64,000 nucleotides of DNA from Macrostomum lignano. Its lineage: Eukaryota. A model generated the notes under the pieces. It was not told the origin of the DNA. It was given only the letters and a program-made list of their open reading frames with translations, and did no database searches. This document shows, piece after piece, positions 30,133-43,059 of this stretch; the stretch's first letter is position 1; each line of letters opens with the position of its first letter. The translations under genes were made by a program, and so were the position numbers. Where the stretch lies: NCBI GenBank assembly GCA_002269645.1, contig NIVC01001272.1:248001-312000 (forward strand). Direction: 5' to 3'.

Positions 30133-32474
30133 TAAACCACCCTGAGAATCGCCTCTAAACCACCCTGAGAATCGCCTCTAAACCACCCTGAGAATCGCCC
30201 CTAAACCACCCTGAGAATCGCCTCTAAACCACCCTGAGAATCGCCTCTAAACCACCCTGAGAATCGCCTTTAAACCACCCTGAGAATCGCCTCTAAACCA
30301 CCCTGAGAATCGCCTCTAAACCACCCTGAGAATCGCCTCTAAACCACCCTGAGAATCGCCTCTAAGCCATCCTGAGAATCGCCTCTAAACCACCACTGAG
30401 AATCGCCCCTAAACCACCACTGAGAATCGCCTCTAAGCCATCCTGAGAATCGCCTCTAAACCACCACTGAGAATCGCCCCTAAACCACCCTGAGAATCGC
30501 CCCTAAACCACCCTGAGAATCGCCCCTAAACCACCCTGAGAATCGCCTTTAAACCACCCTGAGAATCGCCTCTAAACCACCCTGAGAATCGCCTCTAAAC
30601 CACCCTGAGAATCGTCTCTAAACCACCCTGAGAATCGCCCCTAAACCACCCTGAGAATCGCCTCTAAACCACCCTGAGAATCGCCTTTAAACCACCCTGA
30701 GAATCGCCTCTAAACCACCCTGAGAATCGCCTCTAAACCACCCTGAGAATCGCCTCTAAACCACCCTGAGAATCGCCTCTAAACCACCCTGAGAATCGCC
30801 TCTAAGCCATCCTGAGAATCGCCTTTAAACCACCCTGAGAATCGCCTCTAAACCACCACTGAGAATCGCCTTTAAACCACCCTGAGAATTGCCTCTAAAC
30901 CACCCTGAGAATCGCCTTTAAACCACCCTGAGAATCGCCTTTAAACCACCCTGAGAATCGCCTCTAAACCACCCTGAGAATCGCCTCTAAACCACCCTGA
31001 GAATCGCCTCTAAACCACCACTGAGAATCGCCCCTAAACCACCACTGAGAATCGCCTCTAAGCCATCCTGAGAATCGCCTCTAAACCACCACTGAGAATC
31101 GCCCCTAAACCACCCTGAGAATCGCCCCTAAACCACCCTGAGAATCGCCCCTAAACCACCCTGAGAATCGCCTTTAAACCACCCTGAGAATCGCCTCTAA
31201 ACCACCCTGAGAATCGCCTCTAAACCACCCTGAGAATCGCCTCTAAACCACCCTGAGAATCGCCTCTAAACCACCCTGAGAATCGCCCCTAAACCACCCT
31301 GAGAATCGCCTCTAAACCACCCTGAGAATCGCCTCTAAACCACCCTGAGAATCGCCTTTAAACCACCCTGAGAATCGCCTCTAAACCACCCTGAGAATCG
31401 CCTCTAAACCACCCTGAGAATCGCCTCTAAACCACCCTGAGAATCGCCTCTAAGCCATCCTGAGAATCGCCTCTAAACCACCACTGAGAATCGCCCCTAA
31501 ACCACCACTGAGAATCGCCTCTAAGCCATCCTGAGAATCGCCTCTAAACCACCACTGAGAATCGCCCCTAAACCACCCTGAGAATCGCCCCTAAACCACC
31601 CTGAGAATCGCCCCTAAACCACCCTGAGAATCGCCTTTAAACCACCCTGAGAATCGCCTCTAAACCACCCTGAGAATCGCCTCTAAACCACCCTGAGAAT
31701 CGTCTCTAAACCACCCTGAGAATCGCCCCTAAACCACCCTGAGAATCGCCTCTAAACCACCCTGAGAATCGCCTTTAAACCACCCTGAGAATCGCCTCTA
31801 AACCACCCTGAGAATCGCCTCTAAACCACCCTGAGAATCGCCTCTAAACCACCCTGAGAATCGCCTCTAAACCACCCTGAGAATCGCCTCTAAACCACCC
31901 TGAGAATCGCCCCTAAACCACCCTGAGAATCGCCTCTAAACCACCCTGAGAATCGCCTCTAAACCACCCTGAGAATCGCCTCTAAGCCATCCTGAGAATC
32001 GCCTCTAAACCACCACTGAGAATCGCCCCTAAACCACCACTGAGAATCGCCTCTAAGCCATCCTGAGAATCGCCTCTAAACCACCACTGAGAATCGCCCC
32101 TAAACCACCCTGAGAATCGCCCCTAAACCACCCTGAGAATCGCCCCTAAACCACCCTGAGAATCGCCTTTAAACCACCCTGAGAATCGCCTCTAAACCAC
32201 CCTGAGAATCGCCTCTAAACCACCCTGAGAATCGCCTCTAAACCACCCTGAGAATCGCCTCTAAACCACCCTGAGAATCGCCTCTAAACCACCCTGAGAA
32301 TCGCCTTTAAACCACCCTGAGAATCGCCTCTAAACCACCCTGAGAATCGCCTTTAAACCACCCTGAGAATCGCCTCTAAACCACCACTGAGAATCGCCTC
32401 TAAACCACCCTGAGAATCGCCTCTAAACCACCCTGAGAATCGCCTCTAAGCCATCCTGAGAATCGCCTCTAAAC
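30133..32474. repeat. 23/24-bp minisatellite array, segment 2
   Basis: Same units as segment 1. Confidence 0.97.
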
Positions 32475-35400
32475 CAGTGTTGCCACTTGTGGCGTTTTTT
32501 AACGCTGGCGTTTTTTTTGGCATTAGGCGTTTTTTTTCTCCAAATTCTCACTTTCTGGCGTTTTTTCTTGAATGGTTCATTGATCCTTGTAATATTTTTG
32601 TACTGCACTCAAATAACAGTAATGCTAATAATAAACACTGTACAAAATACAATTTAAAGAACTCGCTTTTGCTTTCCTGCTTAGTAACATTTAGAAACCA
32701 CTAAAAATACCCCACAGAATTGCCCTTGAACCCACAGAACCGCCCTCAACACCACAGAATCGCCCTCACCCAATACCATAGGTTATTATTAGCATACCTG
32801 ACATTGCCATTTTAACTTAAGTATTTTCATATGCATTTCAATCATAAGCTGATTTTAAACTCCAGACAACAACAACAAAGAATAATTTCTGTGAGCATGA
32901 GCACTGCGTCGAACGATTCAAAGCGAACTCGGCTAACAACTTTCGACGCCGCTTGGATTGTTTCCCTAGAAGCAGAGAAATGGTTGACGAAGGGTAAAGT
33001 CAATACAGACGCGTTCTGCCTTTTCTGCGATAGACCGATACATGTTGGAAGCGGTGGAATTTCCGCCATCAAACAGCACATGAAAGCAAAAATTCACGAA
33101 GCAAATGCAGCTACAGCACTGCAGCAGAAGCAGAAGTCAATCGCATCCTTCTGCACTAAACAGAAAGATCCAGCAGCTAGTAGTAGCGATGACAAGTCAA
33201 TCAAAACGACTGCAGCCGAAATTCGCTGGGTGTGGAACTCGGCATACAAATCGAAGAGCTTTAACACGGAGGACGACAGTCCTGATTTATTCCGAGCCAT
33301 GTTTTCGGATTCTAAAATCGCTGCAAGCTTTTCTTGTGCCCGCACCAAGCAGGCCTACTTGCTGTCATTCGCGATCGTTCCTTTTGTGCAGCAAAAAATA
33401 ACTGAGTCGATTGTGGGTGTGGATGCACTAGAATCGTCATTCGGCTTTTACTCCATCAGCTATGATGAGAGTGACGGTCTTATGATGATTTGCGTACGTT
33501 ATCTTAATTCTGAGGGCAGTGTTGTGGTCGAGATGCTCAACCAACTTCCTCTGGAAGGCCACGACGCTGCTTCATGTGCGCAACTAATTCGACAGTGCGT
33601 TTTGGACAGCAAGCTCCCTTTATCGAAATGGATTGGAAATTTTTCCGATGGTTGCAGCGTGATGGTTGGCGAACACGCCGGGGTGTCTGCAATCTTGCGT
33701 CAAACTCCTGAGCTCGAACATCTACTTGACATAGGTAGCTGCACACTGCACATTGTTGCCAACGCATTTCGAAAGGCTTCAGACTGTCATCTTTCTGAAG
33801 TGTCCGACCTTGCTGACGACATTTTTGCCTGCTTCAGCAGAAGCATTACTCGTCGAAAGGAATTCAAGGCCCTGCAAGAACAAATTGGCATGGCACAGCT
33901 TTCCTTCAAGCGGAACGTGGAGTTACGATGGCTCATTCTCCTTCCCTGCTTGGAGCGCATAGAGGAGCAGTGGGTTCCTCTATCTCTCTTCCTTTCGCAA
34001 TCTGACGACAATTCTGACCGCATGCGAAGACTCCGAGCTGCCATCCAAAACCCGGACACACTGGTTTGCGTCCGATTTATGATCCACGCTCTAAAGCTTG
34101 CAAGCCGCTTTGAGAAACTGCTCCAAGAAAGCTGTACAGTCCTAATTCACCGGCTGCATCCGGAGATGACCGCCTTGCTTGAAGCCATTGCCATCCAGTT
34201 TATACAACCATCTGCCTTTGAGAAGAAGTCGGTTGCATTCGTCAACTTTAAAGATCAAAGTCTGCATTTACCCATGACAAAGATTGTAATTGGCCAGCAA
34301 GCTACTCTGCCTGATCGGCAAAAGCCGCTACTTTTTCGCTTTAAGCAGTTTTACCTAGCGGTGGCAACCTACTTGCAGGAGAAGCTGCCGCTCAAGAAGA
34401 AAGTTCTGCGCTGCATGAAGTTTCTGGACTTCACAACTGAAGTCGATGAAGAGGCTGTGCTGTTCGTTGCTAAAAAGCTTCCTCTAGTCGTTCCAGCTAG
34501 CGACATTAGTAGCCTCCAAACTGAGGTTAGGCTACTAAATCTGCGAACCAACGCCGGCGATCTCCTTTTGCCTGACAATCACGACATTGCTGGTGGTTGG
34601 AGGAAGGCTGCCAAGACTGGTCGATACCCGCTTTTATCGCGTCTTGCTTCTGCATGCTGCACCCTGTTTCATGGAAACGCAGATGCAGAGCGGTTCATCG
34701 GAAAGTCCCACGACGCTAGCGCCAATCCAAAGCGAAATCGACTCTCGGACGAAAAGCTCCGAGACTCACTTTTAGCTCGCAGCTTTTTGTGTGCTCGTAG
34801 CCTTAAACCAAAAAATGTGCCGATTCCTGATGAACTAATCCAGGCCGCTTTAAAGGCGAGTTCCGAGTACAAGCAGCGAATGGCTGCTGAAAAAAAGGCA
34901 AGTGAACTGGCAGCAATTAAAAAGGCAGCTGAAGCAGAACAAGAGAAGTTGCGCCGAGAAGCTGAGAAGGTAAAAACATTCCGTGAAAACATTAATTACT
35001 TTTTATAATGAATTTATATTACTGTATTTAATTCAATATTTCCCGCAACATTATAGAACGCTGAGCGAAAAGATGCACTTGAACGCCTCGCTCAGGAACA
35101 GAGCCAGCAGGTCGCGAAAAAAGCGGAGACTACGGCAAAGTGCATTGAAGCCGAGCGAGACGTTCAAATTGCGATTGACAGGCTGCGCAAAGCACAGGGA
35201 GAAGATACGGCCGTTTCTGTTCGGCTGTCACAATTTGAGTCTGAGCGGCTTGTCATTGAACAGCGTGCAATGGACCAAGTCGTTCAGCGCACAGCCGAGG
35301 AAGCAGCAAGGCTGAAGCGACAAGCGGAGAACGCTGCTCTTGCACGCCTTCCCCATGTGCCTAAGAAGAAGAAAAACTAATTATTATAATTTTTGCTCGA

Positions 35401-35632
35401 AATTTGCTAACAAGTAACTACTGGTTTTTCGTCTTTGGCATTTTTGGAATGAGTGCCGCTGTGTCAGAAGTCACCAGACACAATATACGTGCAATAGATA
35501 CAATATAAGTACAATATTCGAATCTGGTAACAGTGATACGGCTAGCAAGGAAGTCCTTTTTATGAGAAAAAAAGTTGGCGTTATTTTTTTCGGCCTGCGT
35601 TTTTTTTTCGAAATCAGTCAGTGGCAACACTG
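32475..35632 (+). mobile_element. Complete autonomous hAT DNA transposon (3158 bp) inserted in the minisatellite
   Basis: 13-bp TIR CAGTGTTGCCACT (32475-32487) / AGTGGCAACACTG (35620-35632). The 8-bp TSD CTCTAAAC lies at 32467-32474 and 35633-35640 and fits nTnnnnAn. GGCGTTTTT subterminal repeats and an intact transposase are present. Confidence 0.93.
32897..35380 (+). CDS. hAT transposase; join(32897..34969,35057..35380), 798 aa (an upstream in-frame ATG exists at 32831)
   Basis: BED-type finger W..W..CLFC..HMKAKIH, catalytic-region motifs YDES, SDGCSVM, CTLH, LRWL and NADAERFIG. An 87-nt GT-AG intron (34970-35056) joins to a charged helical tail ending PKKKKN*. Confidence 0.85.
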
Positions 35633-38600
35633 CTCTAAACCACCACTGAGAATCGCCCCTAAACCACCACTGAGAATCGCCTCTAAGCCATCCTGAGAAT
35701 CGCCTCTAAACCACCCTGAGAATCGCCTCTAAACCACCCTGAGAATCGTCTCTAAACCACCCTGAGAATCGCCCCTAAACCACCCTGAGAATCGCCTCTA
35801 AACCACCCTGAGAATCGCCTTTAAACCACCCTGAGAATCGCCTCTAAACCACCCTGAGAATCGCCTCTAAACCACCCTGAGAATCGCCTCTAAACCACCC
35901 TGAGAATCGCCTCTAAACCACCCTGAGAATCGCCTCTAAACCACCCTGAGAATCGCCTCTAAACCACCCTGAGAATCGCCTCTAAACCACCCTGAGAATC
36001 GCCTCTAAGCCATCCTGAGAATCGCCTCTAAACCACCACTGAGAATCGCCCCTAAACCACCACTGAGAATCGCCTCTAAGCCATCCTGAGAATCGCCTCT
36101 AAACCACCACTGAGAATCGCCCCTAAACCACCCTGAGAATCGCCCCTAAACCACCCTGAGAATCGCCCCTAAACCACCCTGAGAATCGCCTTTAAACCAC
36201 CCTGAGAATCGCCTCTAAACCACCCTGAGAATCGCCTCTAAACCACCCTGAGAATCGCCTCTAAACCACCCTGAGAATCGCCTCTAAACCACCCTGAGAA
36301 TCGCCTCTAAACCACCCTGAGAATCGCCTTTAAACCACCCTGAGAATCGCCTCTAAACCACCCTGAGAATCGCCTCTAAACCACCCTGAGAATCGCCTTT
36401 AAACCACCCTGAGAATCGCCTCTAAACCACCACTGAGAATCGCCTCTAAACCACCCTGAGAATCGCCTCTAAACCACCCTGAGAATCGCCTCTAAGCCAT
36501 CCTGAGAATCGCCTCTAAACCACCACTGAGAATCGCCCCTAAACCACCACTGAGAATCGCCTCTAAGCCATCCTGAGAATCGCCCCTAAACCACCCTGAG
36601 AATCGCCCCTAAACCACCCTGAGAATCGCCCCTAAACCACCCTGAGAATCTCCTTTAAACCACCCTGAGAATCGCCTCTAAACCACCCTGAGAATCGCCT
36701 CTAAACCACCCTGAGAATCGCCTCTAAGCCATCCTGAGAATCGCCTCTAAACCACCACTGAGAATCGCCCCTAAACCACCACTGAGAATCGCCTTTAAAC
36801 CACCCTGAGAATCGCCTCTAAACCACCCTGAGAATCGCCTCTAAACCACCACTGAGAATCGCCTTTAAACCACCCTGAGAATCGCCTCTAAACCACCCTG
36901 AGAATCGCCTCTAAACCACCACTGAGAATCGCCCCTAAACCACCCTGAGAATCGCCTCTAAACCACCCTGAGAATCGCCTCTAAACCACCCTGAGAATCG
37001 CGTCTAAGCCATCCTGAGAATCGCCCCTAAACCACCCTGAGAATCGCCCCTAAACCACCCTGAGAATCGCCCCTAAACCACCACTGAGAATCGCCTCTAA
37101 GCCATCCTGAGAATCGCCTCTAAGCCATCCTGAGAATCGCCTCTAAACCACCACTGAGAATCGCCCCTAAACCACCCTGAGAATCGCCCCTAAACCACCC
37201 TGAGAATCGCCTTTAAACCACCCTGAGAATCGCCTCTAAACCACCCTGAGAATCGCCTTTAAACCACCCTGAGAATTGCCTCTAAACCACCCTGAGAATC
37301 GCCTCTAAACCACCCTGAGAATCGCCTCTAAGCCATCCTGAGAATCGCCTCTAAACCACCACTGAGAATCGCCCCTAAACCACCACTGAGAATCGCCTCT
37401 AAGCCATCCTGAGAATCGCCTCTAAACCACCACTGAGAATCGCCCCTAAACCACCACTGAGAATCGCCTCTAAGCCATCCTGAGAATCGCCTCTAAACCA
37501 CCACTGAGAATCGCCCCTAAACCACCCTGAGAATCGCCCCTAAACCACCACTGAGAATCGCCTCTAAGCCATCCTGAGAATCGCCTCTAAACCACCACTG
37601 AGAATCGCCCCTAAACCACCACTGAGAATCGCCTCTAAGCCATCCTGAGAATCGCCTCTAAACCACCACTGAGAATCGCCCCTAAACCACCCTGAGAATC
37701 GCCCCTAAACCACCCTGAGAATCGCCCCTAAACCACCCTGAGAATCGCCTTTAAACCACCCTGAGAATCGCCTCTAAACCACCCTGAGAATCGCCTCTAA
37801 ACCACCCTGAGAATCGCCTCTAAACCACCCTGAGAATCGCCTCTAAACCACCCTGAGAATCGCCCTAAACCACCCTGAGAATCGCCTCTAAACCACCCTG
37901 AGAATCGCCTCTAAACCACCCTGAGAATCGCCTTTAAACCACCCTGAGAATCGCCTCTAAACCACCCTGAGAATCGCCTCTAAACCACCCTGAGAATCGC
38001 CTCTAAACCACCCTGAGAATCGCCTCTAAGCCATCCTGAGAATCGCCTCTAAACCACCACTGAGAATCGCCCCTAAACCACCACTGAGAATCGCCTCTAA
38101 GCCATCCTGAGAATCGCCTCTAAACCACCACTGAGAATCGCCCCTAAACCACCCTGAGAATCGCCCCTAAACCACCCTGAGAATCGCCCCTAAACCACCC
38201 TGAGAATCGCCTTTAAACCACCCTGAGAATCGCCTCTAAACCACCCTGAGAATCGCCTCTAAACCACCCTGAGAATCGTCTTTAAACCACCCTGAGAATC
38301 GCCCTAAACCACCCTGAGAATCGCCTCTAAACCACCCTGAGAATCGCCTTTAAACCACCCTGAGAATCGCCTCTAAACCACCCTGAGAATCGCCTCTAAA
38401 CCACCCTGAGAATCGCCTCTAAACCACCCTGAGAATCGCCTCTAAACCACCCTGAGAATCGCCTCTAAACCACCCTGAGAATCGCCTCTAAACCACCCTG
38501 AGAATCGCCTCTAAACCACCCTGAGAATCGCCTCTAAACCACCCTGAGAATCGCCTCTAAGCCATCCTGAGAATCGCCTCTAAACCACCACTGAGAATCG

Positions 38601-40560
38601 CCCCTAAACCACCACTGAGAATCGCCTCTAAGCCATCCTGAGAATCGCCTCTAAACCACCACTGAGAATCGCCCCTAAACCACCCTGAGAATCGCCCCTA
38701 AACCACCCTGAGAATCGCCCCTAAACCACCCTGAGAATCGCCTTTAAACCACCCTGAGAATCGCCTCTAAACCACCCTGAGAATCGCCTCTAAACCACCC
38801 TGAGAATCGCCTCTAAACCACCCTGAGAATCGCCTCTAAACCACCCTGAGAATCGCCTCTAAACCACCCTGAGAATCGCCTTTAAACCACCCTGAGAATC
38901 GCCTCTAAACCACCCTGAGAATCGCCTTTAAACCACCCTGAGAATCGCCTCTAAACCACCACTGAGAATCGCCTCTAAACCACCCTGAGAATCGCCTCTA
39001 AACCACCCTGAGAATCGCCTCTAAGCCATCCTGAGAATCGCCTCTAAACCACCACTGAGAATCGCCCCTAAACCACCACTGAGAATCGCCTCTAAGCCAT
39101 CCTGAGAATCGCCTCTAAACCACCCTGAGAATCGCCCCTAAACCACCCTGAGAATCGTCTCTAAACCACCCTGAGAATCGCCCCTAAACCACCCTGAGAA
39201 TCGCCTCTAAACCACCCTGAGAATCGCCTTTAAACCACCCTGAGAATCGCCTCTAAACCACCCTGAGAATCGCCTCTAAACCACCCTGAGAATCGCCTCT
39301 AAACCACCCTGAGAATCGCCTCTAAACCACCCTGAGAATCGCCTCTAAACCACCCTGAGAATCGCCTCTAAACCACCCTGAGAATCGCCTCTAAACCACC
39401 CTGAGAATCGCCTCTAAACCACCCTGAGAATCGCCTCTAAGCCATCCTGAGAATCGCCTCTAAACCACCACTGAGAATCGCCCCTAAACCACCACTGAGA
39501 ATCGCCTCTAAGCCATCCTGAGAATCGCCTCTAAACCACCACTGAGAATCGCCCCTAAACCACCCTGAGAATCGCCCCTAAACCACCCTGAGAATCGCCC
39601 CTAAACCACCCTGAGAATCGCCTTTAAACCACCCTGAGAATCGCCTCTAAACCACCCTGAGAATCGCCTCTAAACCACCCTGAGAATCGCCTCTAAACCA
39701 CCCTGAGAATCGCCTCTAAACCACCCTGAGAATCGCCTCTAAACCACCCTGAGAATCGCCTTTAAACCACCCTGAGAATCGCCTCTAAACCACCCTGAGA
39801 ATCGCCTCTAAACCACCCTGAGAATCGCCTTTAAACCACCCTGAGAATCGCCTCTAAACCACCACTGAGAATCGCCTCTAAACCACCCTGAGAATCGCCT
39901 CTAAACCACCCTGAGAATCGCCTCTAAGCCATCCTGAGAATCGCCTCTAAACCACCACTGAGAATCGCCCCTAAACCACCACTGAGAATCGCCTCTAAGC
40001 CATCCTGAGAATCGCCCCTAAACCACCCTGAGAATCGCCCCTAAACCACCCTGAGAATCGCCCCTAAACCACCCTGAGAATCTCCTTTAAACCACCCTGA
40101 GAATCGCCTCTAAACCACCCTGAGAATCGCCTCTAAACCACCCTGAGAATCGCCTCTAAACCACCCTGAGAATCGCCCCTAAACCACCCTGAGAATCGCC
40201 TTTAAACCACCCTGAGAATCGCCTCTAAACCACCCTGAGAATCGCCTCTAAACCACCCTGAGAATCGCCTCTAAACCACCCTGAGAATCGCCTTTAAACC
40301 ACCCTGAGAATCGCCTTTAAACCACCCTGAGAATCGCCTCTAAGCCATCCTGAGAATCGCCTCTAAGCCATCCTGAGAATCGCCTCGAAGCCATCCTGAG
40401 AATCGCCTCGAAGCCATCCTGAGAATCGCCTCTAAGCCATCCTGAGAATCGCCTCTAAGCCATCCTGAGAATCGCCTCTAAGCCATCCTGAGAATCGCCT
40501 CAAAGCCATCCTGAGAATCGCCCTTAAACCACCCTTAGAATCGTCTCTAAACCACACAGA
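35633..40560. repeat. 23/24-bp minisatellite array, segment 3
   Basis: Same units; ends with a run of AAGCCATCC variants and decays at ~40500-40560. Confidence 0.97.
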
Positions 40561-40804
40561 TCGCCGCTGTTTTAGTTCAAAATGACAAACACTTCACTGA
40601 AGCGCTTCATTCTCTGATGCTCATTCAGTCGTGACAGCCACTTGACTCAAAATATATTGATATTATAATCTCCATACAGTTACAAAAACCGCTCGGTCAG
40701 GTCTCGGTCAGAAAAAGGAAGTAAAACGCAAAACAAACTCAAGAATATATATTGTGTACTCAAGCGACCCACACGAAGCACTTTCAGGCAGTCTGGCGGG
40801 ACTC

Positions 40805-42947
40805 TCAGACGTAGAACTCCAGTAAAGAGGCCAGCATCATGAGCAAGTAGCCCACTGTCATGCCCAGGTTGCCAATAAAAAATGCCAGTATATTCTTGGC
40901 GTGATAGTTCTTGCGCACCATGCTGCTCTGGAAATTGAGTGGTTAGTGTTCACGCTAAATATGATACTTCATTCACGCTTGTTTTAGTTATCGGATAGGC
41001 ACTCACCGACTCACGGCATTCACGCTGGTCGGTTCACAATTACTCATTACCGAATCCCTTCGCTCACAATGAATCATTCACGGCGTTCACAATGACTTTC
41101 ATGGCGGTCATAATGACTCATTCACGGCGTTTGCTAGGAATCGTTCGCGGCGTTCACAGTGACTAATTCACGATATTCATATTGCTCATTCACGGCGTTC
41201 ACAATGAGTAATTCACTATGTTCATATTGCTCATTCACAGCATTCACAATGACTCATTCACGGCGTTTACTAGGAATCGCGTTCACGGTGTTCGCAATGA
41301 TTCATTCACAATATTTATTTTGCTCATTCACGGCGTTTCACAATGCCTGATTCATGGCGTTCACGCTGACTTATTCACGGCGTTCGCAGTTTACTCATTC
41401 ACGGCGTTTGCATGCAACAATGACTTTTTCGCGGTGTTCGCAATTATTTACTGACAGCATTCACACAGCAAGTTCACACTGACTTCAGCCGCAACTCACC
41501 ATGGTAACCAGCGCAATGTAAACGAACACGGCTGTGGCAATGGTGGTTATCCAGGCCCGCACTTCGTCTGACTTGAGCGACAGCGGGACCGAAATCGCGA
41601 GACCCAGCATGCTGGACAGGTAGTAGCAGAAATTGAGCAGCAACACAGCTTTGATGTTGAACCCGCTGGTGGTGAGCACGGAAAAATCCGCCACCTTGTG
41701 CGCCAGCTCGTGCATGCCGACAGACACGCTGAGGTGCAGGCCGTAGTCCCACTGTTTCACGAATGCCGCCCCGATTGCAATGCCGCCTGCGAAGCTGTGC
41801 AGCACGGAGCCAGCGGACACGATGGAGCACAATCGGTAGGGACCCGGCTCGAAGCACTTTCGAGGGTTCCTGAGCGCCTCCCGGATTGTGATCTCGGCGG
41901 AACCTCGTCGGTGCTGCAGATGCTGCTGTGAGTCGACACTGCTACTGCCGCAGCACTTCTTCTGAGGCTCCACTGGGTCGGCAATGACAGATCCGTTGGC
42001 TCTGATCGAGGACTCCCGGCTGAGGCTGTCCTCGCGGCAGTAGAACTTGTTCCTCTCATCGTCACCCGTCCAGTCGTCCTCGTCTACTTCCTGCTCCTCA
42101 TTGGCCTTGTCTTCATCTTGCTGCTGCTGCTGCTGAATCGACTGTCGCTGATTGTTGCGATTCACCCGCCAGTTGGAGCTGTGGTTGTGCTTGTCGGTTG
42201 CATCGGCTTCGGCGGTTCTCTCGCGCCACTCCATTGCGTGCGAGGTGCTCTGCCGACGGCCGAAGAACACGGCGGATGCGGTGTCCAGGGCGTGCAGCAC
42301 GCAGACGCCGGCTGTGACGGTGGCCAAGTAGGGGAAGTAGTCTGGCACTCCAGGCTTCATGGACTTGTCGGGCAGGATCAGCGCAGGCAGCAGGTGCACA
42401 ATGGCCTCTGTGGTGAGCGAGCCCACTGCCATCTCCACCAGGAACAGGCTCCAGTAGTTGAACAGGTGCGCCTGTCGGCAGGCAAACATTTTGCTGATGA
42501 GGGTGGGCAGCACTGTGATGACTGTGACCGCGATGAAACCCAGCAGGTACGGATCTGCAGTGTTGTTAAGGAGGAGGTTTAAATTATTATTCTTTCGATA
42601 CATATCGGCTATTTCAATTCCGAAGAATTGCCGTCAGCGCTGGTTGTGGGACCGATGTCACCGAAGGCGCTGCTCCATGCAGGTGCTGGCAACCCTTGCT
42701 CAAAATACATGCAATGATTTACTATAACTAAAATCAGCTTACTTCTCCAAACATTGCCAGCATCTGTGGTAGCCACGGTGCTGTTCAGTGCTGAGTCATT
42801 TGACATAGCTCTTTGTTTGTTTGCAGCCAAAAAACAGCCAAGCGTCCGAAGCAAACTAAAACTTTTTGTCAAAAAAAACAGAAAGTGAAGAGCTGTGCTT
42901 AGAGTCGAGCCCAGGACTTCTCGGCTTAGTCGGACTTACTGAGCCAT
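40805..42947 (-). CDS. ZIP/SLC39 (LIV-1-like) metal transporter; complement join(42940..42947,42743..42810,41500..42554,40805..40927), ~417 aa
   Basis: TM1-3 PYLLGFIAVTVI..AVGSLTTEAIVHLLP..AGVCVLHALD, a long acidic/Gln cytosolic loop, TM4 GSVLHSFAGGIAIGAAF, TM5 MHELAHKVADFSVL, and TM6-8 LLLNF..VFVYIALVTM..GNLGMTVGYLLM. The introns are GT-AG and phase-compatible. The first 8-nt coding exon is less certain (alternative start ATG 42806). Confidence 0.85.
41000..41420. repeat. Degenerate ~22-bp repeat (ATTCACGGCGTTCACAATGACTC) in the last ZIP intron
   Basis: ATTCACGGCGTT recurs throughout the segment. Confidence 0.65.
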
Positions 42948-43059
42948 GGCCGGTCAGGGATCACACGGGTTTTGTCAACGGCAGGAAATGGCGGCGCAGT
43001 GTCCCCATCTGAAGTGTTTTTGTGATTTTGTGAGGGAGAGAGGAACGGTAAAGAAAAAA

